Assembly (NCBI GenBank): GCA_002269645.1
Contig: NIVC01000166.1
Location: 310,001 to 374,000 of the forward strand
Length of the DNA: 64,000 nt
Direction of reading: 5' to 3'
Source of the DNA: Macrostomum lignano
Lineage: Eukaryota
Under the pieces are notes generated by a model, which saw only the letters and a list, made by a program, of their open reading frames with translations, was not told the origin of the DNA and ran no database searches. The translations under genes and the position numbers were made by a program. Of this stretch, positions 1-11,900 are shown in pieces. The first letter of the stretch is position 1, and each line of letters starts with the position of its first letter.

Positions 1-917
1 CAATTGCAAAAATTCATCTAAATACATGAAAAAACATCCAAAAAACCTAACAATGTGCTGAGAAATTTTTTTTCTTAACTAGAGACAAAAAAGAGGTACT
101 TTTTCTCATCCCACAGATGAAGGCTTTGAATTAAAATAATTTTGGTGCTACTTGCTTTGTTGTAGTCAGCTAAATCGCTCTTTGTTAGGTTAATTTTGTG
201 CTATTGAAAAAAACTTAAAATTGAATTAAATTAACTTTTCTGTTTTATTATAGAATGAAACTGCCTTAACTGACACTTTAGTGTTAGATATGACTATCTT
301 TCTTAAAAAACAGATTAACACGCAGCTAGTAGCCGATTCTATCAACAGAACAAATAAAATTAAAAGTGGATTTTTTATCATTCATAATGTTACGTTTCTA
401 GCAAAAATCGAAATAGCAACATCTGCTTTGCAATCAAAAGAGTTAAATGGGTTTTAGGTTGTACTAACCAAAGAAATAAATAACATTTATTAGTTTTCTT
501 CTTTAATAAGACCACGTGAACAGAATGCAGCTTCTCTAAAGTGGGTATTATAGCTCGTGCGATAATAAAAATTATATCGAAAAATGAAATAGTGCACTCT
601 GTTGAGATTGACATCAAAAGTTCAATGTGAAAAAAGATTAAGACCCATAAAAGGCGTTTATTTTTAAACTCTTTTTACAGCTAAAATGAGAAATGACTCA
701 ATATTTCAGGCTGAATTTTAAAAATATTTGTTTCACTGCTTACGACTAAACTTTGAGAACGACCCGTTAGCGAACGTAGATTACTTGTTTTCAAAAGTTT
801 CCCCGAACTTAGTTAATCAATATAAATGAGGCCAAAACAATGTTCTGCCTTCCTGCGTAAAATAAATGAGCAAGATAAAAAAATATTTGCTATCAAAATG
901 TAACAAAATTTTGAGTC

Positions 918-2116
918 GAATGGTCAAGCGAAGCCAAAGTGAGCGAACTCGAATATCGATCTGCCTTATAAAATCACATGTATTTTAAATGGGAGCACAT
1001 CGAAAATCGGTGCCATTTCGAGCCAGAATGACTGATCGAGCTGAAACTGTATATTTATCGGTTTCTGAGTTGCACTTTTTAGTGTGTAAAATTTCATGTT
1101 GAATGGTCAAGCCAAAGTGAGCGAACTCGAATATCGATCTGCCTTATAAAATCACATGTATTTTAAATGGGAGCACATCGAAAATCGGTGCCATTTCGAG
1201 CCAGAGTGACTGATCGAGCTGAAACTGTATATTTATCGGTTTCTGAGTTGCACTTTTTAGTGTGTAAAATTTCATGTTGAATGGTCAAGCCAAAGTGAGC
1301 GAACTCGAATATCGATCTGCCTTATAAAATCACATGTATTTTAAATGGGAGCACATCGAAAATCGGTGCCATTTCGAGCCAGAATGACTGATCGAGCTGA
1401 AACTGTATATTTATCGGTTTCTGAGTTGCACTTTTTAGTGTGTAAAATTTCATGTTGAATGGTCAAGCCAAAGTGAGCGAACTCGAATATCGATCTGCCT
1501 TATAAAATCACATGTATTTTAAATGGGAGCACATCGAAAATCGGTGCCATTTCGAGCCAGAATGACGGATCGAGCTGAAACTGCACATTTATCGGTTTCT
1601 GAGTTGCACTTTTTAGTGTGTAAAATTTCATGTTGAATGGTCAAGCCAAAGTGAGCGAACTCGAATATCGATCTGCCTTATAAAATCACATGTATTTTAA
1701 ATGGGAGCACATCGAAAATCGGTGCCATTTCGAGCCAGAATGACGGATCGAGCTGAAACTGCACATTTATCGGTTTCTGAGTTGCACTTTTTAGTGTGTA
1801 AAATTTCATGTTGAATGGTCAAGCCAAAGTGAGCGAACTCGAATATCGATCTGCCTTATAAAATCACATGTATTTTAAATGGGAGCACATCGAAAATCGG
1901 TGCCATTTCGAGCCAGAATGACTGATCGAGCTGAAACTGTATATTTATCGGTTTCTGAGTTGCACTTTTTAGTGTGTAAAATTTCATGTTGAATGGTCAA
2001 GCCAAAGTGAGCGAACTCGAATATCGATCTGCCTTATAAAATCACATGTATTTTAAATGGGAGCACATCGAAAATCGGTGCCATTTCGAGCCAGAGTGAC
2101 GGATCGAGCTGAAACT
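918..2116. repeat. 178-bp tandem satellite, ~6.7 near-identical copies
   Basis: Motif GAATGGTCAAGCCAAAGTGAGCGAAC recurs at 1101, 1279, 1457, 1635, 1813, 1991 (period 178); a variant first copy starts at 918. Confidence 0.95.
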
Positions 2117-5100
2117 TAATTTTTGCAATGTTCTTGGTTGCACTTTTTTTCCTGTCAAACGGCGTTCTAAAATATTTTTGCAGAGCAGAGATTTTGTTAG
2201 TTTTCGAATTTCAATCTGAATATCGATCGGGAAACATGCGTGACTGCGCAACAAATTAAGTCAGCAGGGTGCACAGTGCGTACGGTACGGGAAAGGACAA
2301 CTTGTTACAAAATCACAGGCAACTCTTTTGACTCTTGCCCTTTTGATCTGTCGCCCTTTTGACCTGTAACCAAATCACCTGTGAGCAATCTAGTCTAGGC
2401 CCTCCTAAAATGCACATCCACATCCATGACTTTTGGCATGGCAAAAGGAGTGAACAACAAGACAACAAGCAATGAAGCTGAAGCCCACTCGGAAATATTT
2501 TATTGCTTTAAAAGTTTTGTTTCTCCAAGTTTTTCCATAGGCCTAGATATATTTGTCAAAGCAACCTAACAAGGAAGTCTGAGTAGGGGCCTATCTTATT
2601 CAATCAAAAGTAATTTTGTTACTCTCTGCTAGGTTGTTGCTGTTGCTGACTTAGGCCTACTTACTAGAAGTCTATGCCTCTATGCTTAAGCTCCTGCTAT
2701 ATTTTTGATAATAGCTTTTATTTCTATTGACCATTGTACTCATAATATTTGCTCAGTTACCTTGAAAATTAAATTCTACCCCTGATATGATATGCTATTT
2801 GGAGTTTTGGACTATGCAATAAATATTTGTTCTCTAGGGCCTATTTATCTCTTAAAAAAGTTGTTGTGTAAATTGAAATATATTAGACCCTAACTTAAGT
2901 TTAAAGATGGCCCTTGTTAGACCATAATGCATCAAAATAATTTAATTTTGGGTATAATCTATGATGATTTTCATTCATTTATATTCCTTTGCCTTCAAAA
3001 GCATGCTAGGTCTACCTTACTTTAATTTTAAATTTTTGCTAGGGCCTATATAGACTTACTTTGCATGCAATTAATCATTTTTCTAAATTTTTATATATTT
3101 AAATAATGCTCTTTCATTTTATTTGTTTTTTGTTAATATTAGGAAAAGGCCCTACTTTAGTTAGTATTAATTTAAGTATTTTTGAAAGCTTGTAAGATAA
3201 CTATATAAGAGGGGTACCAGAAATGCTGCAGTTTGTTTTGCATAATTATTTTTACTTTTGAATATGTGCCAATGTCATGAACAATCAACAAGTGAACATT
3301 AACAAGACTATAACATTGCTCCTTACCTTAGTCACAAAATCCTCAAAAGTTGCTAAAAAAACAAGTCTCAAAACTCAAATCCTTACAGGGGATAGTAATG
3401 GGCAATCCAATACAGCTAGCCAACAAATTATTGATACTGTGTGGTGAGTCACATACATGTAGCGCAAAGAGAATATGCCACCCATCAAATTCAGCAGCTC
3501 AGCAGCAAGTACAACCTCAGCAGATAGATTATAAATGATTGTGCAGCTGGATGTCCTGCCATGACTTGCAAAATATTGTATATCTTAAGCAATTCTAGGT
3601 TGGGAAATCTTGAACAGTGTAAATGATTACTGCCCTCACCCCTCACTAAAACTTGCTGGAAAGTGTCTATGGCCTTTTAGGATGATGTGGCATGACAAGT
3701 CAGCACAAATTTAAACCCTCCATGACACATGAAAAAATTTTTGTTGACTCTAGCTACAATATGATACTAGAAACTTCAAAATGGTGATGGATAGTTAGAT
3801 ACCTTTTGTCTATTTATTCCAATAGGGTGTTACATTGTAATGGGAAACTAAGCAAGCATAGAAAGATGTGCAAACTGTGGCATAAGTCATTTGCAATAGG
3901 CATATCTGGCTAAAAATGTTTCTAATTTTCTATCTTATAATAAAATATAAACTATATGCAAATATTATGAGAATTCCTATCATGTTATTGATCTTAAATA
4001 TTAATGCTCTAATTCTAATTATTGAGCCTAAATATTTAAAACTTGGTACTAATAATAATGGTCTTAGTAGGCTTAACAAAACTTTTTATTTCGACTTAAA
4101 TATATTATAATAGTTATAGTAGTAGTTTTTAGACAATTTTAGTCAACAATCATCTAAGAATTGTAGATATAATAAAGTGATTTATATTATAATAAAATAA
4201 AATATTAAAGGCTATTGTATTTCATTATAATTGTTATATAATTTCCTATGCTATACTTTTCTAAAGATAGTAGATTTTAAATAAGTAAATATTTTAAATA
4301 AGTATATTGATTTAGTAATAAGTTTTAATAGACATTTATATATATATAGCAAGTAGCTAAGGCAAAGATTTTAGACAACTGATCAAGCAAAAAATTAAGA
4401 GGATATATGAGACAATCTTAAATAGTATAATTGATACAACAAGAAAAAAACATAAGAAAATGAAGAAAAATGAAAACATTTATAAGATGGATTAAAAATG
4501 AATCAAGAAAATAAGAGCAATAAATAGTAGCCAGTCAAAAATAAAAAAATAAAAAATTTAAATTGGACACTAGTCATTAAAAGACTATTGAAGTACTTAT
4601 AGTTGTCTTGGGGTTGTTTCAAGGTGTCTTTGTAGGTCTTTGAATCCCATCGCTGCTACCAGTGTTATACCTAAGCTTCTCCTACTGTCTAGCACAATGG
4701 TTTTGGCTCTCTGTCTTCTCACTTGGAAGTCTTCTTAACTTTCAGTAGCGTAGGTTATGTTGCCACATTCTTTTAGGTCTTGGCCTTCGATGAGGTGAGC
4801 TTCCTATCGGAACAAAATAACAAAGTCAACAAACTCAGCACAATATACAAATTTGCAGCTCAATGTATAGGGCATCTCGTCAGCAATACCTGCCACGCTT
4901 GGTTGGTGGATGGGAGGGCTATGTTAGCCTCTTGTAGGTTGGGGGTTGGGTTTAGTAGGATCTCAGTCAGACCAATAGCAATGAACTCAATATATGCAGA
5001 TGGGCACTTAGTATAGGCACTCAAACTTAGAAACTCACAACTCAAGAAACTCCTTGACAGAAACAAGGGAGAGAGGGGTCCTATTTATAGCCAAGATTCT

Positions 5101-5123
5101 CCCGCACACAAGACCTTATGACT

Positions 5124-6225
5124 CATACATGCGCAACTGCTGGCCGACCTGGCCGATCTGGCCTCTGTAAATCGTGGCTGACCAGGGGTAAGTCGCAAAA
5201 TTGAGTCAACCAAAAACAGAAAAACACAAGAACCAAGAAAGGCAAGAGGAAAGCGAAAGAAAGAGCAGTTCAGGGAAAATGGTGAAGCAAAAGAAAAACA
5301 ATTCGCAAAAGAAGCAAACTAAGTTGTAAAAATAATCAGGTAAGTTGCAAAAAGGATCAGGTAAATTGCAAAAGAAGCAAACTAAGTCGCAAAAAGGATC
5401 AGGTAAGTCGCAAAAGAAGCAAACTAAGTCGCAAAAAGGATCAGGTAAGTCGCAAAAGGGTTAGGTAAGTCGCAAAAAGGATTAGGTAAGTCGCAAAAAG
5501 AATCAGGTAAGTCGCAAAAAGAAGCAACTAAGTCGCAATAAGAGGGAAGTAAGTCACAATCAGAGGCAATCAGGGGGTAGTAGGAGCAAGTGTGGCAGGA
5601 GAGCAAAAACAGAATAGAAGCCTTCAACCACAGACAAGATCTTTGAAATCAGAAGCCCTCGTCAACAGTTTCCCATTGATTTCTTAAACTCTGGAGCAGG
5701 GGTTGGCAAACTCCGGCTCGCGAATCCCCTCTATCTGGCCCTCGCCCCTCAGGTTCTTTGAAACTTCCTAACCAGCAAGGTTAGTGTCTCTTCAACTCTC
5801 ATCTCTCTCTTCTTCTCTACCTTGCCTCCCCTCTTCTCTCTCTCCCCCCTTTTCCCTCTTCTCTCTCCTCTAATTTTTACTCTCCTCTCTTCTCCCCCTT
5901 TCTCTCTACCCTTTCTCCTCAATGCCCTCTTCTCTCCTCTTATCTTCAGCAAAAATATGTGCATATTTTCTTACTTCAAAGTAGAGGGAATAGAAGATTA
6001 GATTAGCTTCATGCCGCCACTAGATGACACTGATTAGCTGTTATAAAAACGCGGAATCTGCACGCAGCACTAATTAGCTGGCAAGGCATTTAGCTTTAAA
6101 AATATGGTCATAGTTACTCCTGCCGTTTACCTAAGTTTTTGCTTGGCTCTTTTATAGGTAAGTCGCATTTTTTATCGAAAACTAAGTCGCACGGCCAGCG
6201 TAATTTCAGAAGTTGCACATGTATG
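5124..6225 (+). mobile_element. Expanded copy of CATACATGCGCAAC-TIR MITE (8-bp TSD, hAT-like)
   Basis: Left TIR CATACATGCGCAACT at 5124, right TIR AGTTGCACATGTATG ending 6225; flanks TTATGACT / TTGTGACT (7/8). Terminal parts match the 298-bp copy at 43769; interior carries tandem AAGTCGCA units (~5290-5560) and extra DNA. Confidence 0.8.
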
Positions 6226-7479
6226 TTGTGACTTGTTCTATTTTTAGAAATGACATCACTTAAGGTCTCTGGGCAGAGTGCACCAGGCTGACTCAGTGGC
6301 TATTTTTAGCAACATGAGTCACTCCTCTCTTTAGAGAAGGGAAGGGCCTTAGGCATGTGATACTTTAAGACTCCAGGAGCAAGATCTGTCATATGACTTG
6401 CTCACATGACAGAGGAAACCAAGACGGGAACAAAAACTATATATGTAGATTTATAGGCATTGTTTGTCTATGGCCTGTGTATCAATGCCATGTAGCAATA
6501 GCATTACTGCACAAATAAATGGGCATTCAACATCATTTTAATAAATTAAAATGATGTTGAATGCCCAATTTCCTAAAAAATAGCAATAGATGCCTGCACA
6601 AATGTACAGCAAGCTTGCTGGCGAGTAGAAACCTCCATTGGCCTTATTCAAGCTCCATAGAAAAGGTGTAGCGCACATGCCAGTGCAGAGTGTTCACACT
6701 TAATGATGTCAACTTAAATGGATCCATTTGCATTGATGAAATCATTCAGTTGCTTTACTAAGCTCCTCCTCTCTTGATACTGGTAACGCAACACTCTTTA
6801 TCCAACTTGTCAACCGACTGTTCCAATGTGAACACTTGATCAATATCCTCGAGAGAAAGTGCTTTAGCAGCTTTCTCTAAGCCAAAATCATCCATGTACT
6901 TCTTGATCTCGGCACCAGTAAGTTCACTTATCCAATAAATTTTATCATTCTACAAGGGAAAGCGTCCCACTGAAGAAGCTGGGTCATAGTCATTTTATAG
7001 CTCGTCAGTCAACTGAGAAGTCCTTTCTTTTCTTAACTCACTATCTATGAGTATATAGCACTGTTTCGTAGGACATAGTCTATGGTAGTCTGGTAAAAAT
7101 GAAACAATATAAAACCTTTAGTTCATACCATAGACATAAGTATATACACACTTTCTAAGTATTTAATTTTAGCTGGCTTATGTGGTGCATGGATGAAGGA
7201 ATAAAATTATATTCCTTCATCCATGATGTGGGGGCTCTGCACCCACATGCCCAGAATGGCGCTAAGCACTACCATAGACAAAATGCAAAATAAGAAAAAA
7301 ATTAAAGATAGCAAGGATGCATGCACAGAAAAACAATGGATAACTAAAGCATGGCTTTAGTCATAAAGACACTTATGTTATGAATGTTGCTACACTCCTA
7401 GCTATGCTTTAGTGCCTCATTAATTGTACATTAATACCCATGCTTTAAGGGTTTTAATGGGAAAATCAAAGGGCACTGC

Positions 7480-7540
<61 letters not shown>
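7480..7540. repeat. (GA)n microsatellite
   Basis: Direct reading. Confidence 0.95.
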
Positions 7541-7544
<4 letters not shown>

Positions 7545-8024
7545 CAAGGATTTCTCATTAATGCTTGCAAAGCATGGGTATTACTATTATTGTGCCATAG
7601 ACATTTGTGTCATTGACAAAGTAGGACAGAAAAATTGTGCAATAAATGTCATTAACTGCCCACTAATTTGTATTAAAGTAAGTTTGACAAAGACAATTGG
7701 GCATTAAATGTCATTAACTACCTGCTAATTTTGATATTTCTTTATTGCAAGCAAGCTTAAATGTAGTCTAGGGCATTAAAAGGCAAGAATAAGTGTCCAA
7801 TGGGCACAAAGGTCATGGTTTAGCAGTCACTATTATGATGGATGTATTAAAACAAACTTGTAAATTTTAGAAAATTTTTTTTAACATTCATGATTCATGA
7901 AATCTTGTTTTGTAAAATGTTTTGTAATGTCTTGTTTTGTAATATTTTGTGAAAACATTGTTTATTCAAAATTGAAACTTAACTTGAAGACAAGCTATAT
8001 TTTCTAGGAAAAGCATCTATTATT

Positions 8025-8101
8025 AACAAAAAAACTAAGTCATATTTTTGGTCAAAACTAAGTTGCATGACCAGCATATTTTCAGAGGTTGCGCATGTAT
8101 G
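8025..8101 (+). mobile_element. Truncated right end of CATACATGCGCAAC-TIR MITE
   Basis: AAAACTAAGT...GGTTGCGCATGTATG matches the right end of the 43769-44066 copy; no left end found. Confidence 0.6.
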
Positions 8102-8980
8102 AACTAGCAGCTCACTACACTATAGGTGTATTGACTTATTGTAAAAAACTATTATATCAACTAGGTAAAAATTTGAAGTTACACATGTATAAATTGCTAT
8201 ATGATATGATGTTTCTGTTTTCAATATTATTAATCCAATAATTTTATATTATATATTTTAATGTTACACCATAACCAATATTTTATTTTATTATCTTTTT
8301 TCTAATAGTCTATATATCCATATATTAATATTCATAGCTAATTAATTCTTTATAAGTCATTTCCAATTAGTCATAAACTTCACTGGCTATTTTAATTAGC
8401 TGGAACTGCATTCATCTTATCTTTAGCTAATTATCCTAATTATCCTAACTATGCAATGCAATGTGCACATAGGGTCAAAAAGCACTTGATCCAATTAGAC
8501 TTCTCCTCACAAAGGTTCTGAAACAGGAAACAAATTGACACCCATTAAATCCATAGTTGGGATGTTTCCCATATCTATATTGGCATATTGTGTCTTAAAA
8601 CCTCCATATCTATTACTTCATATAGCCATATCTGTAGCTTTTATGGAACCTCTAACATATTTACTCTATTATTTAATGATATACCACAATTATATAACAA
8701 ACTGTTAAAACTGTGAATATTTCATTTAGCAATAGCCAGAAGTTGGGTTGAAATAGAAAAGATATAGTCCAGTGTAGGCTGTAACATTTTATTGCCTGCA
8801 TTACTTTTACCCACTAAAATTAGTTAATTATATAGCTTTTAAGTTGTAATGTATTTATGCATCTACAATTATATCAAAATTGTATCAAAATAACTTATGA
8901 ACTTATATAAATTGCAAGTAAAATTTGTTGCTTAAGTGCTTCAAAGAGTTGGTTGCTAGGCAGACTCAGAAGTAGAGGTC

Positions 8981-11900
8981 ATGACCTCGAGTCTGTTTCA
9001 CCATGGCGGCTATCAGTCTCTGGATGGAGACACTGGCCTTGGTGGCGCAGCTGGCATGCCCAGCATCGACTTTCACGAAGAAGAGATTGCATTTTCATCC
9101 GAGGAGACTTCGCTAGATCCCCGAGATCAATCGCACAGATTTGAGCACATTCAAAATCTTGACGACTTTTTCACTAGAGTTTATCGCTATCATCAGCGCG
9201 GCGGTTTCGTGTGCATGGCACTCGAAGAGCTGTTCCAGCTGTTCCAGTTGGCTTTTGTTGTCATTTTTTCAACCTTCTTGATGGAGTGCGTTAACTATAC
9301 AGTGCTGTTTCGCAATGCTATGACTAATGGAACAAAGACTAGGCTATCCGAGGCCGTTATTAATCCGCAGTATTGCGCCGCCCACCTCAGCGGTTGGGTC
9401 GTGTTCGCTGTGATTGTGTCCATATTTGTCTGGCTGGCTAAATTTGCCAAAGTGTCTTATAATCTTATCAAGTATTGGGAAACTCGAGGCTTTTATACAC
9501 AGGTAAATTTCATTCTTACTTTGGGTTTTGACTGGTTGCTGGTGGCGGCAGTCATATAAAGTCATATACAGGTAGCAGCAGTTCTAATTAGAGGATCCCA
9601 TTAAGAGATTACAGGTAGCAGCAGTCCTAATTAGAGGATCTCATTAAGAGATTACAGGTAGCAGCAGTTCTAATTAGAGGATCTCATTAAGAGATTACAG
9701 GTAGCAGCAGTCCTAATTAGAGGATCTCATTAAGAGATTACAGGTAGCAGCAGTTCTAATTAGAGGATCTCATTAAGAGATTACAGGTAGCAGCAGTCCT
9801 AATTAGAGGATCCCATTAAGAGATTACAGGTAGCAGCAGTTCTAATTAGAGGATCTGATTATGGAGATTACAGGTAGCAGCAGTCCTAATTAGAGGATCT
9901 CATTAAGAGATTACAGGTAGCAGCAGTTCTAATTAGAGGATCTCATTAAGAGATTACAGGTAGCAGCAGTCCTAATTAGAGGATCTCATTAAAAGATTAC
10001 AGGTAGCAGCAGTCCTAATTAGAGGATCTCATTAAGAGATTACAGGTAGCAGCAGTCCTAATTAGAGGATCCCATTAAGAGATTACAGGTAGCAGCAGTC
10101 CTAATTAGAGGATCTGATTATGGAGATTACAGGTAGCAGCAGTCCTAATTAGAGGATCTCATTAAGAGATTACAGGTAGCAGCAGTCCTAATTAGAGGAT
10201 CCCATTAAGAGATTACAGGTAGCAGCAGTCCTAATTAGAGGATCTGATTATGGAGATTACAGGTAGCAGCAGTCCTAATTAGAGGATCTCATTAAGAGAT
10301 TACAGGTAGCAGCAGTCCTAATTAGAGGATCTCATTATGGAGATTACAGGTAGCAGCAGTCCTAATTAGAGGATCTTCTCAAGAGATTGTAAATAAAAAA
10401 ACTTGTGAATATTTTCTGCTTACAAAATATACTACTAGAATTAAGTAGTAACAGACTGCTAACTTGCACTCATTCGCTTGCCCCAGGCCCTTAAGATATG
10501 CGACAGCTCGGAGCTGGCCAGTCTGACCTGGGCTGAGGTGCAGTCCAAGCTGCTGGCCATGCAAAAAGAATATCACCTGTGCGTGCACAAGAGCGACCTA
10601 ACGGAGCTGGATATCTATAATCGAATATTGCGATTCGAAAACTACACTGTTGCTATGGTGAATAAAGACCTGCTACCGTTGAAGCTTCAGTTGCCGTTCA
10701 TAGGCGAGTACGTGTACTTTTCCCGGTGGTTAAAGTACAACATTAAGCTAGCCCTGTTCTACTTTCCCTATTGGGGCCTGTTTGAAAACCGCTGGCACCT
10801 GAAGCCGGAGTACAAGCGACTGGACAATCGGAGCGAGTTAGTGGAAAGATTGCGCAAAATATTTCGCATATTCGGCCTGTTGAATATTCTTCTATTGCCG
10901 CTAATTTTCTTGTGGCAGATTCTGCTTTTGTTTTTCAAATACGCCGAACTGGTCAAGCGAGAGCCGTCACTACTGGGCAGCCGGCGTTGGTCTGAGTACG
11001 GCCGGGTCTACCTGCGCCATTTCAACGAATTGGATCACGAACTGGAGGCCAGATTAGTTCGAGCCTACGAGCCGGCAGCTCGCTACATGAATTGTTTCAC
11101 ATCTCGCGTGCTCACCGTACTCGCTAAGAATGTGATGTTCTTTGCCGGCGCTCTGCTGGTTGTGCTCATTGTGCTGTCCGTTATTGATGAGGATGTGCTG
11201 CACGTTGAGCACGTGCTCACCGGAATGACGGTGCTGGGCATTGTGGTCACCATTTGTCGGGCTACCATACCGGATGAGAATCAGGTGCGTGTCTGCCTGT
11301 TAACTGCGATTTCATTAATTAGGGCTTAATTGGAATCTCGGCTTGGCTCTGCTCGTGCAATTAACAACCTCGTGATCCAACTCCCAAGACACAGTGAAAA
11401 CGTACATACCTAACTGAGTCTGCAATAAGAGAGGCCGTCTGTACGGCGTATTTTTTGCGCAAGGGGTTGTAGCCTAGCAGTTACTAGTAAAAGCGTTGGA
11501 CTTTGCAATTGAAAGGTCGTGAGTTCGATTCTCGGCCCACTCGGAACAATTTGTGTCATTGAGCAAGACGCTTAACTCTCTGCATTGCTTCAGTTCACCC
11601 AGCTGTAAAATTGGTGCCAGCATTAGCTGGGGTAAATTGAGGGTGTGTGGCGACTCCCCCAGTCCTTGGAATGCACAGCCGTACGCAGCCTTCAACTGCG
11701 TTGCGCAATAGCTGCGGCTGAGCTGTCGGTTGCACATCTGGCCATTAGGGCAGGTGTAATTTATTTTTATTTTAACGATAAATAAGGTTAGGGCTGCTGT
11801 GCACTCCCGTGTGAGTGTGTGCCTGTGCGTATGACTGCGTACGTATCCGCGCGCTTGTGTGCCTGCTCAGGGGAGTCGGCGGAATGGGCAGTAATGCCTC

